NCBI GenBank assembly: GCA_018266105.1
Contig: JAFEBA010000018.1
Coordinates: 7,258 to 71,257, forward strand
Reading direction: 5' to 3'
DNA length: 64,000 nucleotides
Source: a bacterium
GTDB lineage: Bacteria; Vulcanimicrobiota; Xenobia; Xenobiales; JADMJV01
This document shows, one piece after another, positions 34,062 through 43,290 of the stretch. The position numbers and the translations under genes are program-made. Below the pieces are notes generated by a model. The model was given only the letters and a program-made list of their open reading frames with translations. It was not told where the DNA came from and ran no database searches. How positions within the stretch are numbered: the stretch's first letter is position 1; each line of letters starts with the position of its first letter.

Positions 34062-35855
34062 TCAAGGCCCGCTGTGGGAGCAATTTTTGAGGATTCCGGC
34101 GACCTGGTTTTGGAGCTGGGCGGGGGTGAAAGGTTTGGCCAGGAAGTTGGCTTCACCGCGGTCGATGCCGAAGGGGGCGAGGCGGTCGTCGGTATAGCCC
34201 GAGATGAAGAGAACGGGGAGTTCGGGGCGGAGTTCTTGGGCGGATTGGGCCAGGCGGCCGCCGTCCATTTCGGGCATGACGGCGTCGGTGATGAGCAGGT
34301 CGCAGGGCCTGTGTTCGGAGAGCCAGCTGAGGGCTTTGTTCCCGTTGGCGAAGGCCTGGACGTCATATCCGAAAAGGCGCAAAAGGCGGCTGGTGAGAGC
34401 GCGAACCTGGTCGTCGTCTTCGACCAGCAGCAGTCGTCCGGAGGCGGTTTTGGGGAGCGGCTGATTGGAGCCGCTCAGGGATTCTGAGCCGTTGGGGTTG
34501 AGGCAAGGCAGGCTGAGGGTGAAGGTTGAGCCTTGGCCGGGTCGGGAGCTGACGGAGATTTTGCCGGAGTGCATGCTTACGATGCCGTGGACGGTTGAGA
34601 GGCCGAGACCGGTGCCTTCTCCCAGGGGCTTGGTGGTGTAGAAGGGTTCAAAGATGCGCGCCGCCGTGGCTTTGCTCATTCCGCAGCCGGTGTCGGAAAC
34701 GGTCCAGACCAGTTCGTCGGGCTGGCCGTAGTCCAGGCTGATGGTGAGTTTGCCGCCGGAGGGCATGGCGTCGCGGGCATTGACCACCAGGTTGAGCAGC
34801 ACCTGTTGCAAGCGCATGTTGTCGCCTTCGACCTGGGCGTTGGGGCAGTTGAGATGGCTGATCAACTGGATGTCCTCTCCAATCAGGCGGTGCACCATCT
34901 TGAGAGAGTCTTGCAGCAGTTTTTGGAGCTTGATGGGCCGCATCTTGAGCACTTCTTTGCGGCTGAAGGCCAGCAGGTGTCCGGTTACCTCGGCTGCACG
35001 TTTGGCGGCCGATTCAGCGTCGTCGATGTATTCACTCGACTCGGATTGCTCCGGGGTACAGGTGCGGATGAGTTCCAGGTTGCCCATGATCACGGTGAGC
35101 AGGTTGTTGAAGTCGTGGGCCACGCCGCCGGCCAGGCGGCCGAGCGACTCCATTTTTTGGGACTGGGTCAGCTGATCTTGGAGTTTCTGCTGGTCCTGGT
35201 GGGCGGCGTGTAGTTCGGCGGTGCGTTGCTCGACCCGGGAATCCAGGGTGCGGCGCATGGTTTCGGATTCCTCCAGAGCCGCACCCAGGTCGCGCACCAG
35301 GTTGAACTGGCGCACCGAGATGCGTAACCGCAGAGCCATGGCGGTGATGGCCACCAGTTGAATGCCGACCAACTTGGTGACTTCGGCCAGCAGTTCGCTA
35401 AAGGGTAGGGAGTGGAAAACGGCCAGCCAGCACAGCCAGACCAGGACCCAGCTCAAGATGGACCGTTTCCAGGAGATTTCAGCAAAGGCCACGCCCAGGA
35501 GCATGACGGTGCAATAGACGCCGAAAGGCCCGCTGAGACCAGCCGCCGCCGTGCATAAGCCGGAGATGAGACAGGCCACCAGCAGGACCGAGGCATATAG
35601 ATCAAAGCGTTGCACGGGGAAGCGACGGGCGCTGAGATGGCGGGCAAAGAAAATCGCCCCCAGGATGAACGTGATTTTTTGGGCGACCAGCAGGTAGAGA
35701 AATCGCTGTGGAGCGGTCATGACCACCACCACGGTGGCGAAAGCAAAATAGAAGGCAGCCGCGATCACCAGTGGGCGAAGTCCGTCCAGGCCGACCGAGC
35801 GCATGTAGTCTCGCGGGCAGGTCAGATTCTGCTGACTGAATTTGCGCAAGCTCAC
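34062..35855 (-). CDS. Hybrid sensor histidine kinase: multi-TM sensor, HisKA, HATPase_c and a C-terminal receiver domain.
   Basis: H-box VAHDFNNLLTVIMGNLELI; G-boxes DTGCGM and GLGLS; receiver LLLVEDDDQVR…DLLITDAVMPEMDG…ISGY; several N-terminal TM helices. Confidence 0.9.
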   Translation of the reverse strand: MSLRKFSQQNLTCPRDYMRSVGLDGLRPLVIAAAFYFAFATVVVVMTAPQRFLYLLVAQKITFILGAIFFARHLSARRFPVQRFDLYASVLLVACLISGLCTAAAGLSGPFGVYCTVMLLGVAFAEISWKRSILSWVLVWLCWLAVFHSLPFSELLAEVTKLVGIQLVAITAMALRLRISVRQFNLVRDLGAALEESETMRRTLDSRVEQRTAELHAAHQDQQKLQDQLTQSQKMESLGRLAGGVAHDFNNLLTVIMGNLELIRTCTPEQSESSEYIDDAESAAKRAAEVTGHLLAFSRKEVLKMRPIKLQKLLQDSLKMVHRLIGEDIQLISHLNCPNAQVEGDNMRLQQVLLNLVVNARDAMPSGGKLTISLDYGQPDELVWTVSDTGCGMSKATAARIFEPFYTTKPLGEGTGLGLSTVHGIVSMHSGKISVSSRPGQGSTFTLSLPCLNPNGSESLSGSNQPLPKTASGRLLLVEDDDQVRALTSRLLRLFGYDVQAFANGNKALSWLSEHRPCDLLITDAVMPEMDGGRLAQSAQELRPELPVLFISGYTDDRLAPFGIDRGEANFLAKPFTPAQLQNQVAGILKNCSHSGP

Positions 35856-35951
35856 AACTCAATTATCGCCCTTGGGACCGGTGGATTGAATGGTGCGTAT
35901 GCACCACCGGGCTTGATACTTTTTGCAGGGTTCCGAAAGGAGAGTCTTTTG

Positions 35952-36236
35952 TTGAACCTAATTCAAGCTGCAAAGCAGCAAAGGAGCAGAACAGCGTTGG
36001 CCAGACGTGGAAACCCTTACGCTATGGTGAGGCTGGAGCCTCACGTGATGAACCTGATCCAGCAGCGCAGCGAGCCGGCCGAACGCGGACGCGGCGGTGG
36101 TGTGAGTCAATATCTGCGCCGGTTGGTCTATGATCATCTGGGATTGGGGGAGCCGCCCTGCTTTGCCAGCCCGGAGCTGGAGGTGCCCGAACTTCCCCGG
36201 CGCAGCGAGCCCCACGCCGCCCCCGAACTGGCGTAG
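35952..36236 (+). CDS. Possible small ribbon-helix-helix-like DNA-binding protein (about 94 aa from TTG; about 70 aa from ATG at 36024). Transcribed divergently from the hybrid kinase.
   Basis: AAAGGAGAG lies 7 nt upstream of the TTG. The peptide …PYAMVRLEPHVMNLIQQRSEPAERG…VSQYLRRLVYDHL has a beta-strand then two helices, as in CopG/RHH proteins. The N-terminal MNLIQAAKQQRS is repeated internally as MNLIQQRSEP. Confidence 0.35.
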   Translation: MNLIQAAKQQRSRTALARRGNPYAMVRLEPHVMNLIQQRSEPAERGRGGGVSQYLRRLVYDHLGLGEPPCFASPELEVPELPRRSEPHAAPELA

Positions 36237-36339
36237 CGAAAAGGCTTGCTCTGTCCCGGCGTCTGAGGCGAGCTTTGTTGTGTGCGCCTGGCCCCGATTG
36301 TGGCAGCAGAAGAGCACGGTTACGAAGCTCTGGCGTTCT

Positions 36340-36460
36340 TGGACTGGAATTGAGTTTGTTAACGGGAGGTTGAATTTGTAAACGGGATGTGAATGACTTG
36401 GCGGCGCGTTAACAACTTGTTCATAAGTTGAGCGGAAATTTGTCATAATATCGGGCCACA
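36340..36460. promoter_or_regulatory. AT-richer intergenic region with direct repeats (AACGGGA-GT-GAAT twice) and an extended -10-like TGtcATAATAT ahead of the 36499 gene.
   Basis: Sequence: gtTAACGGGAGGTTGAATttgTAAACGGGATGTGAATGA…cgcgTTAAC…aaatttgTCATAATATcg. GC content is locally depressed relative to the flanking genes. Confidence 0.3.
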
Positions 36461-36498
36461 GAAGACGCAAGAGTGTCTTCACTGATTGGAGCTCGTGC

Positions 36499-36873
36499 AT
36501 GGCGCAGGCCCTGGCAATGGGGATGACGGAAATGTTCCGGTTTGCCCCGATAGTTGATTTACGAACGCCGCGTTCAACTTGGGACACGTACTGTCGAGCT
36601 ATCTTGACGGAGCAGCCGACGTGTCTGTGGGAGACGATCCATCCGAATTTGCGGGCGATGATGCAACGCCGCCTGCAGTTGGAAGGGTCCACCCGCTTCT
36701 TCCAGAGGATGAAGCCGATTATATCGGGTCCGTGGGGACGGTTGCGGTTGGGTGAAGCACACGAGGTGAGCCATTCGGCCGTGGTCTGCGAACTGTTTCG
36801 CGGCACCCAAGAAGTGGGTAAGGCGTGGTTTGCGTTTCACAATCGACAATGGGTGCTGAGTCAACTGAGTTAG
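36499..36873 (+). CDS. Hypothetical protein (124 aa).
   Basis: ORF with protein-like composition. The overlapping minus ORF 35958..36806 is low-complexity. Confidence 0.45.
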   Translation: MAQALAMGMTEMFRFAPIVDLRTPRSTWDTYCRAILTEQPTCLWETIHPNLRAMMQRRLQLEGSTRFFQRMKPIISGPWGRLRLGEAHEVSHSAVVCELFRGTQEVGKAWFAFHNRQWVLSQLS

Positions 36874-37658
36874 AGCCGCAAAACTGGCTCGCCATTGATG
36901 CGGGTGCCACTCGAATCCGGGTGGCACCTATTTGCTTTTCCGGAACTGCCCGTCTCTGTGGTCCGGTGGCGGTGGAAAATTTCGACTCCTCCCAGGGGCC
37001 CTCGCGGGTGGCACAGGCAGCCCGTTTGATTCGTTCGGTGGGCGAGGCGGCGGGCTGGACTCCGCCTTTTCGGGTGGGATTGGCCTGGGCCGGGGCACCC
37101 TCGGCCGACGGCCTGGGCACGGTGGCGGCACGCTATGGTCCGGCCATTCCCGACTTGGTGCCGCGTCTGGCCGAGTTGGTGCCGCTGGAGGGGTTGCCCT
37201 GTCTGCATAGCGATGCGCGCGCTGCTCTGGAAGGGGCGGCTTTAATTCACAAGTTTTCTTCCGCCTATGCGCTGATCGCGGGTTCGGGGCTGGGCGAGGC
37301 CTACTTTGAGAACGGTCGCAGCTGGAGCCGCGAGGAACTTCAAGCGCGCCTGGGGCGCGCGGCCAACTGGGAATACAAGGGTCGAGACGGCGAAGCCTGG
37401 CTGCGAGCGGCGGCCTGGCGCAATGAACGCCCCCGGCCTTTTCAGGAAGCGCTGCTGGCGCTGGTGGCGCAGCGTCTGCAGGTGGTTCGGCCGGAGGTGC
37501 TGGCTCTGGGGGGGCACTTTGGTCAGTGGTTTGAGTGGGGTTGGGTGAATCCAGAGGAGATCCGCGAGAAGTTTGGCCTGAGCCTGTTGCGGCTGGATCC
37601 TGAGGAAGCCCTGCTGGGCTGTGTTCAGATGGAGAGACGTCGTATACAGAAGGGCTAA
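36849..37658 (+). CDS. ASKHA-superfamily ATPase (BadF/BadG/BcrA/BcrD or N-acetylglucosamine-kinase-like).
   Basis: Phosphate-1 motif LAIDAGATRIRVA and a later …LIAGSGLGEA… (adenosine/phosphate-2-like) motif. The start is probably the internal Met (MGAESTELEPQNWLAIDAG). Confidence 0.5.
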   Translation: MGAESTELEPQNWLAIDAGATRIRVAPICFSGTARLCGPVAVENFDSSQGPSRVAQAARLIRSVGEAAGWTPPFRVGLAWAGAPSADGLGTVAARYGPAIPDLVPRLAELVPLEGLPCLHSDARAALEGAALIHKFSSAYALIAGSGLGEAYFENGRSWSREELQARLGRAANWEYKGRDGEAWLRAAAWRNERPRPFQEALLALVAQRLQVVRPEVLALGGHFGQWFEWGWVNPEEIREKFGLSLLRLDPEEALLGCVQMERRRIQKG

Positions 37659-37678
37659 GGCTCTGCTAGACTGGGCCC

Positions 37679-38239
37679 ATGAGGTGCCTTCTTTGTCTAT
37701 TGCTACTGGCTCTCCCGCTGGTTTGTGAGGCTCGCGGTCGCCACTGCCACGTGGGACGAAGCCACTTTATTCGCACCACTTCGTTCTATCGACCGCGCAC
37801 TTCGTTCTTTGGTCGACTCTTCTACTCGGCGCCGCTGCAACCGCTGCAATACAACGGTCAGAGCGCGACCGATCTGTTGGAGATGGACGGCGCCTACACC
37901 CGGGATTCTTTAGTCAAGGGCCTGGCGCTGGCTCTGGCTCCTAAGGGCAACCGTATGCTGCCTTGTGTTCTGGACTTTGATGAGGTGATTCGGCAGGGCG
38001 GCTTTGAGCGCTTTCTGGCGGATTGGGAGCCACCCGCCCGTCAGGAGCTGTTGGGATATCTGCAGCAAATCGAGTGTGAGGACACGTTACGCATCACCAA
38101 TGAGGTGCTGGCGCGCACCAATCCAACTCAAGAGGAGCTGGCCCAGGCCACTCAGGAGCTGCTGGATGACGGGAATAATCTTTACGACGCCCTTTGGGAT
38201 TATTGCTACGATCACCGCGAGGCGGTGGCCGGCCTTTAG
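37679..38239 (+). CDS. Secreted hypothetical protein (186 aa).
   Basis: Signal peptide MRCLLCLLLLALPLVCEA. Confidence 0.5.
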   Translation: MRCLLCLLLLALPLVCEARGRHCHVGRSHFIRTTSFYRPRTSFFGRLFYSAPLQPLQYNGQSATDLLEMDGAYTRDSLVKGLALALAPKGNRMLPCVLDFDEVIRQGGFERFLADWEPPARQELLGYLQQIECEDTLRITNEVLARTNPTQEELAQATQELLDDGNNLYDALWDYCYDHREAVAGL

Positions 38240-38592
38240 AGGATTCCGGTCAGCTTGAATCCTGAGGGGTCTTTGCGGAAACGGAAGCGGCCCAGGAAGT
38301 AGTGGCTGCCCTGGCGCCGCGGCCTGAGTCCTTGCAGTTGAGGGTGCTGGCCGGCCATGGTCACCAGGAAAGCCTTGCGGAAGGCGGCTTGTTGGGTGGC
38401 GCTGAGCTGGCCGTAGTGGGGCAGGTCAGGGGCTTTGCGGACTTCTAGCGCAGACCAGTCGATTTGTTGCTGGGCGGCGGGCCGGCCCCGAAAAAGATTG
38501 TCCAGCACGCTTCGCATTTCTTTTTCTTGGCCCAGGGTTTGGCCCGAGCAGGTCCGGTAGAGCAGCCAGGTGAGCAGCAGAGCTCGGTGCAT
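38236..38592 (-). CDS. Small hypothetical protein (118 aa), possibly exported.
   Basis: ORF convergent with 37679..38239 (4-nt overlap). N-terminal hydrophobic stretch MHRALLLTWLLYRTCSG. Weak evidence. Confidence 0.3.
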   Translation of the reverse strand: MHRALLLTWLLYRTCSGQTLGQEKEMRSVLDNLFRGRPAAQQQIDWSALEVRKAPDLPHYGQLSATQQAAFRKAFLVTMAGQHPQLQGLRPRRQGSHYFLGRFRFRKDPSGFKLTGIL

Positions 38593-38637
38593 TGGGTCAG
38601 ATTCTCCCTGGGGTTGGAGAAGGCCCGCTTCCTACCC

Positions 38638-41600
38638 ATGAAGAATCGCGCCCTCATGGCACGCAAAAAGCGCAAAACGAACGATCCTACTGACGGGGGC
38701 GGCGAATCCGCCGTGGCCGTGGAGGAAGAAGAGTTGACTGACTTTGAGGCCGTCCTGGACCAGGACCCGAACGGGTTGTTGGTGGTGGAGACGGAGACTC
38801 GTCAGGTCTTGTGGGCCAACCGCAGCGCTGAAAAGCTGCTCAAGAAGAAGCGTGAGAAGCTGCTGGCCGAGCCTTTTCCTGAGGAGTTGGAAGAGGGGCC
38901 CATGCGTACGCTGGACCTGAATCGCAAGGTTTCCACCTTGAGCTGGCAGGGTCAGGAAGCCAGCATGCTGGTTTTGACCGAGATTAGCGGGAATTCAGCC
39001 TCCTTTTCCACGGAATGGCGTCTGGAGGCGGCCGAAGAGCGGGCCCGTGAGGCCGAAGAGCAGGTCAGTCAGTTGCAGGCGCTGCTTCAGGAGGCGCGCA
39101 AGGCCGCCAAGGCGGCGGGTGGCGGCGACGCCAAGGAGCTGGCCGCTCTCAAGGAGCAGCTGGCTAAGGCTGAGGAGCGGGCTCAGGCGGCCGAAGCCTT
39201 GCTGGATGAGGCGTCCAGCGGCAGCAGCGAGCTGCAGGCTCTGCGTGAACACGAGCAGGAGCTGAAGGCCGAGTTGGCCGCCGCCCAGCAGCGCATGGAG
39301 CAGGTCGAACAAGAATTGCGCGCTGTGGAGAGTCGTGTGGACCTCTCCGAGCAGCGGGCTCGCGAAGCCGAGCAACTGATGGAGGAGGCGGAATCGCAGT
39401 CGCGCGAGACCGAGCGCCATCTGGAGGATGTCCAGGACAGCGTGCGCCATGTCGAGGAGCAGCTGGAGCAGGCACAGGCCGAGCTGGCTCAGGCTCGGGC
39501 CGATCTGGCCGCCGAGCGGAAGGCGCGCGAGCAGAGCGGGGCCGAGTCCAAGATCGCCGACCTGGCCGAGCAGGTTGAGATTCTAACCGAGGAGCTGGAG
39601 TCGGCTCGTACCCGGTTGTCGGCTTGGGACGAAAAGCAGGCCCAGTGGTCCACCCGCGAGAGCGAGATCGAGGAGTTGGAAGGTGTTCACCTGCAGGTGA
39701 TCACCGAGTTGGAGCAGCTGCGCGAAGAGCGGCAGAACTGGCAGGAAGCCCAGGCCGCCGAGACGGTAGAGCCGGGCGAGCTGGAGAAGCTTCAGGAGCA
39801 GCTGCGCGAAACCCAGGAGCGGGTGGACTTCCTGGAGGTGGAGCGCTCTGAGCTGGAAGAGAAGTGGCTGGAAGCTCGGGCCGAGCTGGAGACGGCTCAG
39901 CAGCAGGCGGCTGATCAGGACGCTGCGGCTCAGTTGACCCAATCCCAGCATGCGGAGGCTCAGGCCGAGCTACTGGGCCGCCTGGAAGAGCTGACCGCCG
40001 AGCTGGATCAGCTGCGTGCCGCGCAGAGCGGCGCGGCCGAGGGGCTGCAGGCCGAACTGCAGGCGGCTCAAGAGCAGATCAGTCAATTGACCGGTCAACT
40101 GAGCGCCTCTCAGGACGAGTGCACGACGGTCCAGGTTGAGCTGGCCACGGCTCAGGAGAATTGGGCCGAGTCGCAGAGTCAGGTGAATGAGGCTCAGACC
40201 GCTCTGCTGCAGGCACAGGCCCAGATTCAAGATATTCAGGCCCAGCTGGCCGAGGCCCAGGCCCATGTTAGCGAAACTCAAGGACAGCTGGGCGAGGCCC
40301 AGGCTGAAGCAGGGCAGTTGCGTTCGGAGCTGGAGAGCCTTCGACAGGCTGAGGGTCAGGACAAGACACTGGCGGCTCAGTTGGAGGAGCAGCTGGCTGA
40401 ATTGCAGCTGGAGTCGGCCGATCTCAACGAGAAAAACGCCGATCTGGCTCTGCAGTTGAGTGCCAGCGAGAGCAAAGCGGCCACGGCTGAGGAAGCTCTG
40501 GCGCAGGTGCGCAAGGAGCTGGAATCGCTGCAGGCGGTCAGCGGCGACCTGGACGATGTGCAGCAGCACCTGGTTTCGGTCGAGAAGGAACGCGACGAGC
40601 TGTCGCGCCATCTGGACGAGGCCGAGAGCGAGCTGCAGAAAGTGCGCGATCAGCTGGAGGAGAAGACGGCCGAGGCCGAGGCCCAGGCTGCCGCCCTGAG
40701 CGATTTGGAAAGTCAGCTCAACGAGAGTCTGGATGCGGTTGAGGAGGCCAAAAAGCCTTCGGCCGAGCTGGAGGCGCTCAAGGCCAATCTGGCTGCGGGC
40801 GAGGAGAAGGCCCGGCTGTTGCAAGAGCAGCTGGACGAGATGCTGGAGCGGATGGAGCAGGCCGACAAGCTAGAGACGGAAGTCTTTTTGCTTCGCGGCG
40901 CAGCCGACGAGCAGTCTTCGCGTTTGAAGGAGCTGGAAGAAGCCCATCAGGCTCGCGTCACCGAGCTGGAAGCGTTGCTGGCCGAGGCCCAGAGCCCGAG
41001 TCCACAAGCGCTCGAGGACGCCGAGGCCCGGATTGCGGCCGAGGAACGAGTCTCCGAGCTGGAGGCGGCTTTACAGGCGGCTCAGGGCCCCAATCCGGAA
41101 CTGCAGGCTCAGGAAGCCCGTTTGGTCGAGCTGCAAGCGCGGGTGAGCGAGTTGGAAGCGGCTCTGGCTGATGCTCAAGCCCCGGACCCTCAGCTGGAGG
41201 TGATGGAAGCTCGCGTCATGGAGTTGGAGCTGGCTCTCTCAGATGCGCAGACGGCTCTGGCCAGTGCCCAGGCACCCGATCCAAAACTGGCCGAGCAGGA
41301 GCAGTTGCTGGCCGAGGCCGAGAATCTGGTGGCCGAGCAGGAGGCGGCTCTGGCCAGCGCTCAGGCGGCCCGTGCGGCAGCCGAGGCTCGGGTGGCCGAG
41401 TTGGAAGCCGCTCTGCAAGAATCCAGTTCAGCGGCCCCAGCCACGGCCGAGGTGGATGCTCGGGTGGCCGAGCTGGAAGCGGCTTTGAGTCAAGCTCAGG
41501 GCGCCGCAGTGCAGCTCAGCGAACTGGAAGCGGCCTTCACGCAGTACAAGACGGACGCGGATGAGCGCGTGACTGAGCTGGAAGATCTGTTGGAGCAGGC

Positions 41601-43290
41601 CAGTCATTTTGAGCCAGAAGTGGCGCGTTTGAAGTCAGAACTGTCGGCGGCTCTGGCCGGGTCGAGTACACCCGATCCGCGAATTGCTGAGTTGGAGCTG
41701 GCCCTGGCGGCTTCACAGGAGGCCCTGGCCGAGGCTCAGCCCAAGCTGATGGAGCTAGAGTCGGAGCTGTTGCGACTGCAGCAGCTCACCCCCGAGCCCT
41801 CCGCCGATGGCGCTCGAATGATTGAGCTGGAGGCCGAGGTTTCTCGGTTGCAGGCCGAGCTGGATACGGCTCGGGCGGCCGACACCACCGCTGAGGTCGA
41901 AGCTCTGCAGGCACAATTGAACAGTCTGCAGCAGCAGCAGGCGGTGGCTCCGACCGGCGAGGGCGCGGATAAGCAGACCGAGCAGCTGGCCTTTGAAGAT
42001 AATCTGACCAAGCTGCCCAATCTGAATCTGTTGAAGCGCTATCTGGGCTTCTCCTTGAAGCAGGTGGAGCGCTATGATCGGAAGTGCGCGCTGGTGCACG
42101 TGGACGTGGACCGTTTCCAGGCCATCAACGAGGCCTTGGGGCCGGAGGCGGGCGACGAAGTCCTGCGTCAAGTGGGCGAGCGTCTGCAGAAGGTGGTGCG
42201 CACTTCGGATGTGCTGTGCCGCAAGGGCGAAGACGATTTCCTGATCTTGCTGAGCGAGGTGGCCGGCGAGGCTGATGCCCCTCAGTCCATTTCCATCGTG
42301 CTCAAGCGCATCCAGGAAGTGCTGGCGCCACCGATGATCGCCGGCAACCAGCCGGTTGTGGTGACGGCCTCGGTGGGCGTATCGCAATTCCCCAGCGATG
42401 CTGAGGACGGCGACAAGATGATGGCCCACGCTTATGAGGCGATGCGCCGGGCGAAGGAATTGGGCCGCAATCAAGTTCAGTTCTACACGGATGAATTGCA
42501 GAAGCGCCACGAGGCCCGGGCGACCCTGGAGGCGGAGCTGCGCAAGGCAGTGGAGGCGCGGCAGTTCCAGCTGCTGTATCAGCCGATCGTGCACCTGGCT
42601 ACGGGCGCCATCAAGGGTGTAGAGTCTCTGCTGCGCTGGGCTCATCCGTCCTACGGTGTACTGACGCCCGACTACTTCCTGGAAGTCGCGGACGAAGCCG
42701 GAGTTATGGTGCCACTTGGCCGCTGGGTGATTCTGCAGGCCGCTCAACAGCTTTACGAATGGTCGCGTCAGGGTCTGGATTTGTTCGTGACCGTGAACCT
42801 GTCCACGCGTCAGTTCTTGCAGGCCGATCTGGTGGATACGATTCGGCGAGCGCTGGAAACCACGGGCGCTCCGGCCCACAACTTTGTGCTGGAGATTCCC
42901 GAGTCGGTGCAGATGCTGGATATTCAGCGGGTGCAGACGATTTTGCTGGCGCTTCGTCAGGCGGGTGTGCGAGTGGCCTTGGACCGCTTCGGCTCCGGCT
43001 TCTCCTCGCTGGAGCGCATTCACAGCGAACTGACCACCTTGATCAAAGTCGACCGCAAGTTCCTGTTCCATTCGGCCTCCAATGCGGCCGCGCTGAACGT
43101 GACGGCGGCGGCTATGGCTCTGGCCCGCGTGTTGCGCGTGCGTCCTGTGGCGGTGGGCGTGGAAAACGCGGCCCAACTGTCACTTTGTCGTCAGTTGGAG
43201 TGCGAGTATGTCCAGGGCAATCTGGTCTATATTCCCACGGATGCGGCCCAGATCAGCGAGCTGGCTCGCGCCGGCCGCCTCTTGCGTTGA
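38638..43290 (+). CDS. Large c-di-GMP signalling protein: N-terminal PAS-like region, coiled coil of about 1,100 aa with tandem repeats, degenerate GGDEF domain (GEDDF), and EAL domain (about 1,550 aa from Met59 of the track ORF).
   Basis: I took the start at ATG 38638, with GGAGAAGG upstream. The GGDEF region reads …LTKLPNLNLLKRYLGF…VHVDVDRFQAINEALG…RKGEDDFLILL…. The EAL region reads …QLLYQPIVHL…VESLLRW…EVADEAGVMVPLGRWVIL…DRFGSGFSSLERI…KVDRKF. The central 1,100 aa are E/A/L/Q-rich heptad coiled coil. Confidence 0.85.
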   Translation: MKNRALMARKKRKTNDPTDGGGESAVAVEEEELTDFEAVLDQDPNGLLVVETETRQVLWANRSAEKLLKKKREKLLAEPFPEELEEGPMRTLDLNRKVSTLSWQGQEASMLVLTEISGNSASFSTEWRLEAAEERAREAEEQVSQLQALLQEARKAAKAAGGGDAKELAALKEQLAKAEERAQAAEALLDEASSGSSELQALREHEQELKAELAAAQQRMEQVEQELRAVESRVDLSEQRAREAEQLMEEAESQSRETERHLEDVQDSVRHVEEQLEQAQAELAQARADLAAERKAREQSGAESKIADLAEQVEILTEELESARTRLSAWDEKQAQWSTRESEIEELEGVHLQVITELEQLREERQNWQEAQAAETVEPGELEKLQEQLRETQERVDFLEVERSELEEKWLEARAELETAQQQAADQDAAAQLTQSQHAEAQAELLGRLEELTAELDQLRAAQSGAAEGLQAELQAAQEQISQLTGQLSASQDECTTVQVELATAQENWAESQSQVNEAQTALLQAQAQIQDIQAQLAEAQAHVSETQGQLGEAQAEAGQLRSELESLRQAEGQDKTLAAQLEEQLAELQLESADLNEKNADLALQLSASESKAATAEEALAQVRKELESLQAVSGDLDDVQQHLVSVEKERDELSRHLDEAESELQKVRDQLEEKTAEAEAQAAALSDLESQLNESLDAVEEAKKPSAELEALKANLAAGEEKARLLQEQLDEMLERMEQADKLETEVFLLRGAADEQSSRLKELEEAHQARVTELEALLAEAQSPSPQALEDAEARIAAEERVSELEAALQAAQGPNPELQAQEARLVELQARVSELEAALADAQAPDPQLEVMEARVMELELALSDAQTALASAQAPDPKLAEQEQLLAEAENLVAEQEAALASAQAARAAAEARVAELEAALQESSSAAPATAEVDARVAELEAALSQAQGAAVQLSELEAAFTQYKTDADERVTELEDLLEQASHFEPEVARLKSELSAALAGSSTPDPRIAELELALAASQEALAEAQPKLMELESELLRLQQLTPEPSADGARMIELEAEVSRLQAELDTARAADTTAEVEALQAQLNSLQQQQAVAPTGEGADKQTEQLAFEDNLTKLPNLNLLKRYLGFSLKQVERYDRKCALVHVDVDRFQAINEALGPEAGDEVLRQVGERLQKVVRTSDVLCRKGEDDFLILLSEVAGEADAPQSISIVLKRIQEVLAPPMIAGNQPVVVTASVGVSQFPSDAEDGDKMMAHAYEAMRRAKELGRNQVQFYTDELQKRHEARATLEAELRKAVEARQFQLLYQPIVHLATGAIKGVESLLRWAHPSYGVLTPDYFLEVADEAGVMVPLGRWVILQAAQQLYEWSRQGLDLFVTVNLSTRQFLQADLVDTIRRALETTGAPAHNFVLEIPESVQMLDIQRVQTILLALRQAGVRVALDRFGSGFSSLERIHSELTTLIKVDRKFLFHSASNAAALNVTAAAMALARVLRVRPVAVGVENAAQLSLCRQLECEYVQGNLVYIPTDAAQISELARAGRLLR
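41040..41525 (+). repeat. Intragenic tandem repeats (units of roughly 28–29 codons) in the coiled-coil region of the GGDEF-EAL gene.
   Basis: The protein repeats …RVSELEAALQAAQGPNPELQAQEARLVEL / QARVSELEAALADAQAPDPQLEVMEARVMEL / ELALSDAQTALASAQAPDPKLAEQEQLL… / ARVAELEAALQES…AEVDARVAELEAALSQAQ. The DNA repeats gagctggaagcggct…gctcaggc…cccgatcc accordingly. Confidence 0.5.

Noticed and set aside
35958-36806. 282 aa minus-strand ORF spanning the AT-richer intergenic region and two plus-strand genes.
   Set aside because: Unrealistic composition, and it crosses a probable promoter region. The plus-strand ORFs have better signals (RBS, motifs).
41755-43176. 473 aa minus-strand ORF inside the GGDEF-EAL gene. 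The similar 39970..40824 minus ORF has a Leu/Gln-rich translation.
   Set aside because: Antisense of a gene with unambiguous GGDEF and EAL motifs. The Leu/Gln-rich sequence is the mirror of an E/A/L/Q-rich coiled coil.
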